Below are positions 23,201 through 37,000 of a DNA stretch of 64,000 nt, piece by piece. The stretch's first letter is position 1, and each line of letters opens with the position of its first letter. Position numbers and translations under genes: made by a program. Source of the stretch: Macrostomum lignano. Taxonomy: Eukaryota. Under the pieces are notes generated by a model. It did no database searches. It saw only the letters and a program-made list of their open reading frames with translations, and was not told the origin of the DNA. The stretch spans positions 1 through 64,000 of the forward strand of contig NIVC01003307.1 in assembly GCA_002269645.1 (NCBI GenBank). The letters are read 5' to 3'.

Positions 23201-26081
23201 TAATGACGTTTATTTTTTCATTGACTAAAGGCCCAAGTGATGTCGATTCGCGGCGACATCAAAGAGCTGGAGTCCTATATTGGTCGGCTCGACGAGACAC
23301 TAGCCAACACCGAGCAAGCTATCTGGGCTTCCGAAACGCAGCTGAGTGCTGATCACGACAAATTGTCCCAGGTGAATTCTACCTAAGTTAAGAAGAATAA
23401 GGATCAGTTGGGATTTGGGAAGAATTGAAATCAGTTTAATCAGTTGGGAAGAAATGGGATAGTTTGGACAAATTGAGATCAGTAAGGGAGAAATAGGGTC
23501 ATTTGGGATGGGAAAAATGGGATCAGTTGAGAAGAAATGGGATCAGTTGGGAAGAAATGGGATCAGCTGGTAAGAAATGGGATCAGTTGGGAAGAAATGG
23601 GATCAGCTGGAAGAAATGGGGTCAGTTGGGATAGGAAGAAATGTGATCAGTTGGGAAGAAATGGGATCAGTTAAGGAGAAATAGGGTCAGTTGGGAAGAA
23701 ATGGGATCAGTTGGGAAATGTGATCAGTTGGGAAGAAATGGGATCTTTTGAGAAGAAATGGAATAATTTGAGAAGAAATGGGATCAGTTGGGGAGAAATA
23801 GGGTCAGTTGAGAAGAAATAGGATCAGTTGGGGAGAAATAGGGTCAGTTGAGAAGAAATGGGATCAGTTGGGAAGAAATGGGATCAGTTAAGGAGAAATA
23901 GGGTCAGTTGGGAAGAAATGGGATCAGTTGGGAAGAAATGGGATCAGTTGGGGAGAAATGGGGTCAGTTGAGAAGAAATGGGATCAGTTAAGGAGAAATA
24001 GGGTCAGTTGGGAAGAAATGGGATCAGTTGGGAAGAAATGGGATCAGTTAAGGAGAAATAGGGTCAGTTGGGAAGAAATGGGATCAGTTGGGGAGAAATA
24101 GGGTCAGTTGGGAAGAAATGGGATCAGTTGGGGAGAAATAGGGTCAGTTGAGAAGAAATGGGATCAGTTGGGGAGAAATGGGGTCAGTTGGGAAGAAATG
24201 GGATCAGTTGGGGAGAAATGGGGTCAGTTGGGAAGAAATGGAATCAGTTGGGAAATGTGATCAGTTGGGAAGAAATGGGATCTTTTGAGAAGAAATGGAA
24301 TAATTTGAGAAGAAATGGGATCAGTTGGGGAGAAATAGGGTCAGTTGGGAAGAAATAGTAATGTTTAATCATAGTCATACCCGGTATACACATCGAATAA
24401 TGTAATGTGAGCAGCGTACCATCAAACTCGCGCAACAGTGCAACTTGCTTCTCCACCCAACAGGCCTGCAACCAAGTCAATGTTCGGCTCGCCCATCTAG
24501 GCCTGCCGCAGCGCGCAGTGCCAGAGCTAAACGATGACGCGCACCAGTCCAATCAGGCTATTGAGCCGGCAGTGAAGCGTCATTTAGCCTATCTGGCTGA
24601 CCAAATCAGCGAGGCCAATCGTAAGCGTGAGGAGGCTCGGAAGCGGCTAGACAGCATTATTGATGCGGTTGAGACTCAGGAGGCCAGGCTGGCTACTATT
24701 AATTCTATGATCGAGGCTGAGAAAGCTTCAAAGCGGCGATCGGAGGAGGCAAAACTGCAGGAGGTGCGTTGAGTTGGATGTTGCTCACTTCATCTGAGCA
24801 GTGGGTCATTCAATTCTATGAGCAGTGGGTCATTCAATTCTATGAGCAGTGGGTCATTCAGTTCTATGAGCAGTGGGTCATTCAATTCTATGAGCAGTGG
24901 GTCATTCAATTCTATGAGCAGTGGGTCATTCAGTTCTATGAGCAGTGGGTCATTCAATTCTATGAGCAGTGGGTCATTCAATTCTATGAGCAGTAGGTCA
25001 TTCAATTCTATGAGCAGTGGGTCGTTCAATATTATGAGCAGTGGGTCATTTAATTCTATGAGCAGTGGGTCATTCAATATTCTTTGAGCAGTGGGTCATT
25101 CAGTTCTATGAGCAGTGGGTCATTCAATATTATGAGCAGTGGGTCATTCAGTTCTATGAGCAGTGGGTCATTCAATATTATGAGCAGTGGGTCATTCAGT
25201 TCTATGAGCAGTGGGTCATTCAATATTATGAGCAGCGGGTCATTCAATTCTATGAGCAGTGGGTCATTCATTATTATGAGCAGTGGGTGATTATTTGAGT
25301 ATAAGTAAGATAACAATAAAAGTCATGGGCTTGCTGATAACAATAAAGGTCATGGGCTTGCTGATAACAAAGGTCGTGGGTTTGCTGATAACAATGAAGG
25401 TCATGGGTTTGCTGATAACAGTTAAGGTCATTGACTTACTGATAACAATAAAGGTCATGGGTTTGCTGATAACAATAAGGGTCATGAGTTTGCTGATAAC
25501 AATAAAGGTCATGGGTTTGCTGAGTCGATTCCGTCACCCCATTTCCTTTCCCCAACCAGCTGTCAGCATCCGTGGACGCAGCTACAAAGCAGCTGGCGAG
25601 CGCGGAGGCGGCCTGCGACCGCCAGCAGGAGCGCCTGGCCCGGGCGGTCGAACGCGAGCGGGACGCAGCCAGCCGGCTGGCCGTTTTCGAAGCCGAGTTG
25701 TCGCGCAATCTCGCATCGGCTATCGATGCCGTTAAACAGGCCGGCTCGATGGAAATAGAAATAGTTGCTAGGCGAGCCGAACTCGACTCGGATAGGCGAC
25801 GGCTAAGCGATCGATTAGCCGAACTGACCAGGCGCTGCAGCCACCAGCTGGTGTCAATAGTGAGCGATATTGTGGCCACTAATAATACTAATCTGATGGC
25901 CGCTCTTCTGCCCAGAATTCAAGAGCTGCACGATCAGCATCGGGGCGGAGTTGTTGGTGACAACGACAATGTCGGCGACGGCGATGACGCCGAGCTGTTG
26001 GCCGCGATTTGCTGTGTTAGTGACAAGAATCCAGAACTTGAAAAGTCTAGTAGCAATGGGAATGATGACGGTGAAAATTAA
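20226..26081 (+). CDS. NDC80: Kinetochore protein NDC80/HEC1 ortholog; exons 20226-20654, 21973-22326, 22773-22967, 23231-23371, 24464-24763, 25560-26081
   Basis: KDTRNLKDRTWQK and YLGYPYVLSKQ|VLSSPNTPHNWPLVLGLIDYL match the Ndc80 CH domain, followed by a long coiled coil (AQPVSQ...IW). All introns GT-AG, phase 0, frame continuous. Alternative in-frame ATG at 20175. Confidence 0.85.
20715..21895. repeat. 20-bp minisatellite in NDC80 intron 1
   Basis: Unit GCTTGTGAATGAATCTTCGA. Confidence 0.97.
22360..22690. repeat. 23-bp minisatellite in NDC80 intron 2
   Basis: Unit GAGTGGGGAAGAGGTGTCAGACT. Confidence 0.95.
23400..24358. repeat. 20-bp minisatellite in NDC80 intron 4
   Basis: Unit GGGATCAGTTGGGAAGAAAT. 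Confidence 0.96.
24794..25520. repeat. Two adjacent arrays (24 bp then 27 bp) in NDC80 intron 5
   Basis: TATGAGCAGTGGGTCATTCAATTC to about 25290, then ATAAAGGTCATGGGTTTGCTGATAACA from about 25310. Confidence 0.96.
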
Positions 26082-26119
26082 TTATCTATTATTATTTCAA
26101 TATTATGAATTAATAACGG

Positions 26120-26725
26120 CAAAACCATAGACTATTGGAATTAATATTCACCGCCGATTAAAGCCATAGACTATTGGGATTCCTATTCTCCGCCGCTTAA
26201 AGCCCATAGACTATTGGAATTCCTATCCTCCTCCGATAGACTATTGGAATTCCTATTCTCCTCCGCCGCTTAAAGCCCATAGACTATTGGAATTCCTATT
26301 CTCCTCCACCGATTAAAGCCATAGACTATTGGAATTCCTATTCTCCTCCGCCGATAAAAGCCATAGACTATTGGAATTTATTCTCCTCCGCCGATTAAAG
26401 CCATAGACTATTGGAATTCATATCCTCCTCCGATAGACTATTGGAATTCATATTCTCCTCCGCCGCTTAAAGCCCATAGACTATTGGAATTCATATCCTC
26501 CTCCGATAGACTATTGGAATTCCTATTCTCCTCCACCGATTAAAGCCATAGACTATTGGAATTTATTCTCCTCCGCCGATTAAAGCCATAGACTATTGGA
26601 ATTCATATCCTCTTCCACTTGAAGCCATAGACTATTGGAATTCATATCCTCTTCCACTTGAAGCCATAGACTATTGGAATTCCTATCCTCCTCCGCCGCT
26701 TAAAGCCATAGACTATTGGAATTTG
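26120..26725. repeat. About 41-bp variable minisatellite just downstream of the NDC80 stop
   Basis: Core CCATAGACTATTGGAATT with related variable linkers. Confidence 0.93.
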
Positions 26726-27339
26726 TGTTAATTCCAATGCGACCAATTCAAGACTGCTAAAATTCATCCTAAGTATATATTACTGATAGTAACATCGCAT
26801 ACCGGTGTTAATCATTCTCCTATCTCTATTGGTGTAAGTATAACTTGTAATTAACTCTCAATGGCTCGATCGACAGTCAATGTATTTAGAATCGGTGCTT
26901 TAATAACTATATTTTTTTAACTTGTCTAAATTAACACTCGGTTAAGTTTTTAATGCATTTTGTGTCTCTTAGGGCCTAATTTATTATATATTTTTATAAA
27001 AATGCTTACCTATGCTAGCCGTGAACTTACTTTTATACCGCTATTTGCATTGAGTTCAGTTTCATCAGCTGAGCTCAGCATTTGATTTTGTTTCAATTCA
27101 ACTTCGGTGTTGGGCTGCATTTATAAAGTTAATTTTGCGCTATTTTGCGTAAACAATTTATCATCAATGAATTTAAACTATAAAACGCCGTGTTTCTAAT
27201 TTTGTTATAACTTAAATATCTATTGGTTGGCTCTTCTTTTGCGTTTTTATTTTCTGCCACGCTCTGGGTTGCCATTTAATATCGCAAATTAATTTTTTTA
27301 GGGACTGGGAATCTGGTATCTACGATACACTACATTCTA

Positions 27340-27397
27340 TCTATGTATCTATCTATCTATTGTGAATAAGGAAATAGGAAAGGCGTTAGACTTCATT

Positions 27398-27465
<68 letters not shown>

Positions 27466-27468
27466 CAC

Positions 27469-27549
<81 letters not shown>

Positions 27550-27552
27550 CAC

Positions 27553-27589
<37 letters not shown>

Positions 27590-27592
27590 CAC

Positions 27593-27649
<57 letters not shown>

Positions 27650-27812
27650 ATCTAATTCATCTATTTCCTTAGTCTATCTAGTCTATCCTCTAATCTATCT
27701 ATTTCCTTATTCACAATAGATAGATCTTCTATAAATATCCATCTATCTATCTATCTATCTATCTATCTTAATGAAGTCTAACGCCTTCTCTATTTCCTTA
27801 TTAACAATAGAA
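27340..27812. repeat. (GATA)n microsatellite inside a fold-back structure
   Basis: TGTGAATAAGGAAATAGGAAAGGCGTTAGACTTCATTAAGATAG (27361-27404) recurs inverted at about 27760-27810, with (TATC)n facing (GATA)n. Confidence 0.9.
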
Positions 27813-28017
27813 TTTCGAATCGGTAAAATTTCACTGGGCCTGTATGGAGAGCGGCCATGCAAATTTGAAACGAGTGTCAGATTGACAGCATTCAATACCG
27901 CTGACACATTCAACGAGTATTTTAGAAGTCACTGAGTTTGTGTTAAAGCTGCTTGAACGCGGTGCCCTCTAACTGCCTGGGTTTCAATGCTTTGCTGCGC
28001 AGGAAATTAATAACAGT

Positions 28018-31000
28018 ATGCGACGGTCCGGGGCGCCCAGTCAATCGGCCTATCAGTCCTGGCATCAGGCCAAGCGGCCCTGTCTCGCTCAGCAGCAGCA
28101 GCAGCAGCAACAGCCAAAACAACCAGCCAGCAGTGTCTGCTTGCGCGAATCTTCAAATAGTCAGGAACAGCAGCCGGGCTCTGGGGATGCGAAACCAGCT
28201 GCTGAGGGCAGGCAGTTTGCCTGCGTCTGGGGCAAGAACTCCGCCAAGAAGCACAAAGTGGGCCTTTCGTCTGGTTTCGTTCAATTGTCTAAGCCTTGTC
28301 CTCAGCCTCCCTGATCCTCAAGCCTCTCTAATCTTCAAGCCTCTAATCCTCAGACCTCCCTGATCCTCAGGCCTCCCTGATACTCAAGCCTCTCTTATCC
28401 TCAGTCTTCTCTAATCCTCAAGCCTCCCTAATTCTCAAGCCTCCCTAATTCTCAAGCCTCCCTAATCCTCAAGCCTCCCTAATTCTCAAGCCTCCCTAAT
28501 TCTCAAGCCTCCCTAATCCTCAAGCCTCCCTAATTCTCAAGCCTCTCTTATCCTCAGTCTTCTCTAATCCTCAGGCCTCCCTAATTCTCAAGCCTCCCTA
28601 ATCCTCAAGCCTCTAATTCTCAGTCTTCTCTAATCCTCAGGCCTCCCTAATTCTCAAGCCTCCCTAATCCTCAAGCCTCTAATTCTCAGTCTTCTCTAAT
28701 CCTCAAGCCTCCCTAATCCTCAAGCCTCCCTAATTCTTAAGCCTCCCTAATCCTCAAGCCTCCCTAATTCTCAAGCCTCCCTAATCCTCAAGCCTCTCTA
28801 ATCCTCAAGCCTCCCTAATCCTCAAGCCTCCCTAATTCTCAAGCCTCCCTAATCCTCAAGCCTCTCTAATCCTCAGTCTTCCCTAATCCTCAGTCTTCCC
28901 TAATCCTCAAGCCTCAACCCCCCCCCCCGGCCAACAGGTGTGGGAAGGCGACGGCCTGCTTCGTGTCCTCGGTGCCCGAACTGCCGTCCTGCTGGACGCA
29001 GCCACCGGCGCCGTGCTCGGCCGCGGCTGCGACCTAAAACCGGCTGAGCTGGCCGAGCTGGACGAGGGCTCCCGGCTCAGCCTGGGCGGCCGTCTGGTGG
29101 AAATCTGCGGCCCGGCCGGGCCCATCGAGGCTCCACCACAACCTTCGGCTAGGTGAGCTCCTTCTGTCCGACCATTCTCATGTCCCACCATTCTCATGTC
29201 CGACCATTCTCACGTCCGACCATTCTCATGTCCGATCATTCTCACGTCCGATCATTCTTATGTCCGATCATTCTCATGTCCGATCATTCTCATGTCCGAT
29301 CATTCTCATGTCCGATCATTCTCATGTCCGACCATTCTCATGTCCGATCATTCTCATGTCCGACCATTCTTATGTCCCATCATTCTGATGTCCGATCTTT
29401 CTCATGTCCGACCATTCTCATGTCCGACCATTCTCATGTCCGACCATTCTCACGTTCACTCTAACCCTAACTCTTTCTTAGCTCTCAGTCGAACTCAGAC
29501 CAGCCAGTAGCAGCTCAGCAGCCGCAGTCTTTGGACGGGCAGAACCTGTCTGAGCAGGCTGCCGCCACCGCCGCTGCTGTCGCCTGTCGCGCCCGCGCCG
29601 CCTTCAAACCGGTGGCTCTGTCCACCGCCGAGGCCGTCCCGCCGCCCCGCGTGCCGGCCGGCCTGGCTGCAGGCGTCGATCCGGACGCTTTCGTCCTGCC
29701 GCCGCCACCGCCGACGCTGCTCTGGGACCGGGACCGGGGCGCCGATACTAGGGATGTCGAAGCCGGCGACGATGGCGGCGAACTGTACGACGTAGTTGTC
29801 GATCGGCGTCTGACAGCCCGGCTGCGGAGGCATCAGCGCGACGGCGTGGCTTTTCTTTACTCCTGCGTGCTGGGCAGCCAGGTGGGGGGGGGGATTAAGT
29901 CTCTTCTCGAATGCTCGTATTCACGCAAAGTTCAAGACAAGGGGTAAATCTTTGTTGCGCACCTTCTCAGCCAAGAGTCAAATCGCCAGCTTTCCGGACC
30001 GTCAAGACATTCAAGGATTCTGCCAGAAGGTCGGCCATTCAGCACTTCCGCCTCAGTGCAGCCTTGCCAAGCCTCCAGATTTCATCAGCACGTCGGCTAA
30101 ATGTGTCTGCATGATCAGCTTTGGCTTCCTACACCCAGGCGTAGCTTCTGGACCTTCAACAGGTGGCACCAGTTGACTATGGACACCCTGTTGCGAATTT
30201 CGCTAGTTTCGCTGATCAAGCCTCGACAGTTGGCAAGCCTCAACTGCTGGACATCCTCAGCTGGTCTCTTGAGCATTCAGTCATCACCCCGACTCCGTCG
30301 ACACCTTCAGCAGATAATTGGCAGACCTCCACTGTTGGGTATCCTCAACTAGTCTTTCAGACGCTGTTTGCACCTTAAAGAGGGGAAACCGGGGGACTAT
30401 AAACCTTATAAACCTTAAGGGCCAGATAAAAAGTCTTGATGGTTGCTGCGGGCCAGATGAGAGTGGAAAGGAGATGAAATGGGGGAGAAAAAAGAAAGGA
30501 GAGATGAGAGATGACAAAATAGTTGGAGAGATGAGAGGCGACATGAGAGAAGAGATGAGATAAAAGATAAGATAGCGAAGTGAGGAGAGATGAGAGGAGA
30601 GACGAAAGGTGAGGAGATGAGAGAAGAGAGAGGAGATAAAATGCGATGAGAGGAGAGAGGAGATGAGAGGAGAGAGGAGATGAGAGGAGAGAGGAGATGA
30701 GAGGAGAGAGGAGATGAGAGGAGAGAGGAGATGAGAGGAGAGAGGAGATGACAGGAGAGAGGAGATGAGCTGAGAGAGGAGATGAGAGGAGAGAGGAGAT
30801 GAGAGGAGAGAGGAGATGAGAGGAGAGAGGAGATGACAGGAGAGAGGAGATGAGCTGAGATAAGAGAAGAGAAGAGAGGAGATGAGAGGAGAGAGGAGAT
30901 GAGATGCGATTAGAGGAGATAAGATGACAGAGGAGATGAGAGGAGAGAACTTAGAAGAGACACAAACCTTGAGCGGGCCAGATTGCTATTTTGCAGTTTC

Positions 31001-34000
31001 AAAGGACCCGAGGGCCGGATAGAGAGGCTTTGCGGGCCGCATGTGGCCCGCGGTCCGGAGTTTGCCGACCCCTGCTATAAACAGACTAGTGATATTAAAG
31101 AAGAGAGGGCTGGCGACTTGACTCTGGTTTGAGAGGGTGCGCAACAAAAAGTTAGCCCGTGTTCTAGAGATTTCGTGTGCCTGCATACGTTGCTCCGTTC
31201 TGGTGCAGCAAAAAATTGTCCGGGTAGGGGCGAAGGCGGAGAAAGTGTACATGCCTGACGAGTAGAGAGTCTGGGCCGCTGTAGCCGCTGTACACGCTGT
31301 GTCTGTTGTATACTCAGCAGCAACTTTGAAAGTCGCCACTCTATGCGCCAGTGAGCAATTTCTCTTGGACTATTCTGAAATAAAAGATGCGAGAAAACTG
31401 ATCGGGGCAGCTTTAATCCGTCCAACCCTCGCACACCGCTCCCTCCACTTCATTCCTCAACTCAAGTCTGCCGCGTGGCGTAGCTGAGTTGCGTCACTCG
31501 CAAAGATTGAGAGAATCCACCTGCACTCTCAAAACTGGCGATCACAGACGGAATCTTCTGTGATGGCGACTTTTCGATATTGCTGAGTAGGCATGACTGT
31601 CTGAGTAAGAAGTAACTGAGTCACAAAATATGTTCCCAGGTCCCGGGCAGCTATGGGGCCATCCTGGCGGACGCCATGGGCCTGGGCAAGACTCTGCAGT
31701 CCATCTCGTTGGTGTGGACTCTGCTGCACTCCAGCCCGTACAGCGCCACCAAGCCGCTGGTCCGTCGGGCGCTGATTGTGACGCCGGGCAGCCTGGTGGC
31801 CAATTGGAGGCTAGAATTCTACAAATGGCTGCCCTGGGCTCGATCCCTGCTGGACTCGAGAATGCTTTATTGCGTTGGTCACGAGGGCGCCAGGCCGGAG
31901 GACTATCGGGGCCAGGCTGTGCTGCTCATCAGTTATGAGATGCTGCTGAGATGGGCGGCAAGGCTCTCTGAGCATAGGTGGGTGTTGGTTTTTACTGTAC
32001 TTTTTTGGTTTTGGTTTTTACTGGTTTTTAAAAGTCTGTACTTTTTCCATTGGTTTTTTCAGGAATTTCACAGGTACTATAAAATTATAGGTTACGATTA
32101 AAGTGTGAGAAAAGACAGAGCGTCTACTATTTTTCAGTAGTTTGTCTGCGCAGTACCATTTAAATTTAATGTGACAGCTAAAATGACGTTTCATTCCTCG
32201 GGTTTTGTGGCCTCTGGTAAGGTTAAGAATGAACATCAAGCATCTAACTCGATGTACACAAGTGATCGCAAGACGGACGAAACTCAGCCTAGCAGGCAGG
32301 ACCAATGTGACTCAGCTAAAGAGAGAGCAGTATGAATAGAGGTCAAAGTCAGACGGACGAAACTCAGCCGGGGGGGAGGAGGGTAGGCCCAATCTAGCTC
32401 AGCCAATGAGAGAGCAGTAAGGAGAGAGGTCCAAGTCAGACGGACGGAACTCAGCCGGGGGGCAGGCCCAATCTAGCTCAGCCAATTAGAGAGCAGTAAG
32501 GAGAGAGGTCCAAGTCAGGCGGACGAAAATCGTTATTTGAATCTTTGTGGGCATCAGAATTCACCCGCTTTCCCGCACCGATCAGCTTCGACCTGTTGAT
32601 CTGCGACGAAGGCCACAGGCTGAAAAACGCGGCCACCCAGACAGCGCAGGCCCTGGCGGCGGTTGGCGCCAAACGCAGAATTGTCCTGACGGGCACGCCG
32701 GTGCAGAACGACCTGGACGAGCTGTACACCCTGGTTGATTTCGTCAGCCCCGGCCGTCTGGGCAACTGGCCGCAGTTTCGGGCCGCCTTCGTTGAGCGCA
32801 TCGCCGCCGCGGCCGACTCCGCCGCCACGGAGGACCAGCTGGACAAGGGCCGGGCGGCGGCTGAGAAGTTCGTGCGAAACCTGACCATGCTGACTCGATC
32901 TGCATGTAGTCCTGATTTTCAATTAGATATGGGGACCGGATTTGCTGCCGCCCAACTCCAGCTCCGATATTTCACTCCTCAGCTCTGCATCTTCTATACC
33001 ATCCTTGACCCCATCCTTAATAACTCCATTCTAAACCCCTTTGAATTCCATCTTCTAGTTCTACCATATCCTTGACCCCGACCTCAACACGATCTTCTAT
33101 TTCAATCCTATACTCGTCCTACATTTCATCCTCGACCCCATCCCATTCTCAACGCCATCCCATTCTCTACCCCATCCTCAACCCCATCCTCAGCCCCTCC
33201 TCAGCCCCACCGTAAGACCCCATCCTCAATCCCGTCCTCAGCCCCATTATAAGACCCCATCCTAAGACCCCATCCTCAAACCCATCCTCAGCCCCATCCT
33301 CAACCCCATCATAAGACCCCATCCTCAGCCCCATCCTCAACCCCATCATAAGACCCCATCCTCAGCCCCATCCTCAACCCCATCCTCAACCCCATCCTCA
33401 ACCCCATTCTCAACCCCATCTTCAACCCCGTCAGCCCCATCCTCAACCCCATCTTCAACCCCATCCTCAGCCCCATCCTCAACCCCATCATAAGACCCCA
33501 TCCTCAGCCCCATCCTCAACCCCATCATAAGACCCCATCCTCAGCCCCATCCTCAACCCCATCCTCAACCCCATCCTCAACCCCATCTTCAACCCCGTCA
33601 GCCCCATCCTCAACCCCATCTTCAACCCCATCCTTAGCCCCATCCTCAACCCCATCTGCAACCACATCCTCAGCCCCATCCTCAACCCCATCCTCAACCC
33701 CATCCTCAACCCCATCCTCAACCCCATCCTCAGCCCCATCCTCAACCCCATCCTCAGCCCCATCCTCAACCCCATCCTCAACCCCATCCTCAACCCCATC
33801 CTCAGCCCCATCCTCAACCCCATCCTCAACCCCATCCTCAACCCCATCTTCAGCCCCATCCTCAACCCCATCCTCAGCCCCATCCTCAACCCCATCTTCA
33901 ACCACATCCTCAGCCCCATCCTCAACCCCATCCTCAACCCCATCCTCAACCCCATCCTCAACCCCATCCTCAGCCCCATCCTCAACCCCATCCTCAGCCC

Positions 34001-37000
34001 CATCCTCAACCCCATCTTCAACCCCATCCTCAACCCCATCCTCAACCCCATCCTCAACCCCATCCTCAACCCCATCCTCAGCCCCATCCTCAACCCCATC
34101 CTCAACCCCATCCTCAGCCCCATCCTCAACCCCATCCTCAGCCCCATCCTCAACCCCATCCTCAACCCCATCCTCAACCCCATCCTCAACCCCATCCTCA
34201 GCCCCATCCTCAACCCCATCCTCAGCCCCATCCTCAACCCCATCCTCAGCCCCATCCTCAACCCCATCTTCATCCACATCCTCAGCCCCATCCTCAACCC
34301 TATCCTCAACCCATCCTCAGCCCCATCCTCAACCCCATCTTCAACCCCGTCAGCCCCATCCTCAACCCCATCTTCAACCCCATCCTCAGCCCCATCCTCA
34401 ACCCCCGTCAGCTCCATCCTCAACCCCATTGTTCTGTTGTTGAATTAACGAGCGCAGAAACAAGATAGATAATTATCCGGGCGCCCAGTGGCACCAAAAG
34501 AGGGTTTGGCCAATAGGAGGGCGGCTCGTATATTTATGCACGCGGGGAAGGAAAGTTCTAGAAAGACCGGGAGAGGAAACTTCTGGAACTATGCGTAAAC
34601 AAGTCCTGCTGTGGAAGTTTCTAGAAACCATGTCCCCGAACTATCCCTACGCATAGCATGCCTTTGCAATACACAACACCCATCCCCAACCCCATCCTCA
34701 ACCCCATTCTAAGACCCCTTAAATCTCGGACACGGAGGCACCAGCAGGCCCCACAAACACCACCCCACACCAGACTGAGCCGCCTCATCGCCCCAATGGT
34801 GCTGCGCCGATGCCACGAGGACATCGACTCTGCCGGCAGCCTGCCGCCGAAGCGCGAACTGGTAATCTTCTGCCGGCCGTCCGACCTTCAACGCCGCCTA
34901 TTCGACGTCGTGTGCGGCTGCGCCGCCGCCGTCGAGGTGCTGTCGGACGAGCTGGGCCACACGGCCCGCCTAGCTGATGGTGAGCACCTGCGCCTCATCG
35001 GGCTGCTGCGCAAGGTGGCCAGCGATCCCGCTTTGCTGCATGCGCATCTGGTCGCTGTAAGTAGTAGGCTGCGCACGCTTTGCTTGGTGTCAAGGTTTTC
35101 TATTTTTCCCCGGCTTTTACTGATGGTTCCAGTGGCACTATGAAGAGATCCCATCTTCCCCCGTAGATCCCATCCTCACCTAGGAGATCCCATTCTCACC
35201 TAGAAGATCCCATTCTCACCTAGAAGATGCCATTCACACCTAGAAGATCCCATCGTCACCTAGAATATCCCATCCTCACCTAGGAGATCCCATCCTCACC
35301 TAGGAGATCCCATTCTTACCTAGGAGATCCCATCCTCATCCCGAGAGATCCCATCCGCATCCCCAGAGATCCCATCCGCATCTCGAGAGATCCCATCCCC
35401 ACCCCAACCATCCCATCAATATCTGGCACTAATTTAGAAAGAAACACCTGTACAAGTTCTGTTAATCATCCATAATTTTCCCGCTATTCCCCACGATCCG
35501 CCAGAAGCAGCAAGCCGCTGGCGGGAGGGGCGGCAACAGCAAAAACTACGACGACTTGTCCCGCCAGCTGATGTCGGAGTTTCCGCTAGACTTCGACGCC
35601 GACGGCGGCTTGAACGAATTGATCGATGACAATCTCGTAGCCACTTCCTCGTCCGGCAAGCTGTCGGTGACGTCCCATCTGCTGCAGCGCATCTGCCGCG
35701 GCCGCAGGCGCAACTGCGTCCTGGCGTCGAATTCTACGAAGACGCTGGACCTGCTGGGCCGCCTGTGCGCCGCCCTCGGCTTGGCCAGCCTGCGCCTGGA
35801 CGGTGCTACGCCGACGGCGACTCGTCAGCGGCTTGTCGATCAGTTCAACGACACCCGCTGCGTCGGCGTCGGCGGCGGCCGGGTCCTCCTGCTCAGCACC
35901 AAAGCCGGCGGAGTCGGCCTGAACCTGACGGGTGCCAGCGACTTGATTCTATTCGATATCGACTGGAATCCGGCCAACGATGCCCAGGCTACGGCTAGGA
36001 TCTGGCGGGAGGGGCAGCGGAGGCCGTGCAGCGTCTACAGGCTGCTGACCGCGGGCAGCATTGAGGAGCGAATCTTTCTCAGACAGGTTCTCAGGCGCTG
36101 CTTTGGCTGGTTTTCTGCTTCACTGATCTCAGTTTTTCATACAGTAGTCTGTCACTCTGTCAGGTATTCTGACATTGTCAGTAGTCTGTAACTCTGTCAG
36201 GTATTCTGACATTGTCAGTAGTCTGTCACTCTGTCAGGTATCCTGACACTGTCAGTAGTCTGTCACTCTTCTGTCAGAAGTATCCTGACACTGTCAGTAG
36301 TCTGTCACTCTGTCAGGTATCCTGACACTGTCAGTAGTCTGTCACTCTTTGTCAGAAGTATACTGTCACTGTCAGTAGTATGTCACTCTTTGTCAGAAGT
36401 ATACTGTCAGTAGTATGTCACTCTTTGTCAGAAGTATACTGTCACTGTCAGTAGTATGTCACTCTTTGTCAGAAGTATACTGTCAGTAGTATGTCACTCT
36501 TTGTCAGAAGTATACTGTCACTGTCAGTAGTATGTCACTCAGTCGGGTATCCTGACACTGTCAGTAGTCTGTCACTCAGTCGGGTATCCTGACACTGTCA
36601 GTAGTCTGTCACTCAGTCGGGTATCCTGACACTGTCAGTAGTATGTCACTCTTTGTCAGAAGTATACTGTCACTGTCAGTAGTATGTCACTCTTTGTCAG
36701 AAGTATACTGTCACTGTCAGTAGTATGTCACTCAGTCGGGTATCCTGACACTGTCAGTAGTCTGTCACTCAGTCGGGTATCCTGACACTGTCAGTAGTCT
36801 GTCACTCAGTCGGGTATCCTGACACTGTCAGTAGTATGTCACTCTTTGTCAGAAGTATACTGTCACTGTCAGTAGTATGTCACTCTTTGTCAGAAGTATA
36901 CTGTCACTGTCAGTAGTATGTCACTCTTTGTCAGAAGTATATTGTCACTGTCAGTAGTCTGTCACTCTTTGTCAGTAGTCTGTCACTCTTTGTCAGTAGT

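Noticed and set aside
26120-26725. CRISPR-like look (constant core with variable linkers)
   Set aside because: Linkers are variants of one another, there are no cas genes, and the context is eukaryotic.
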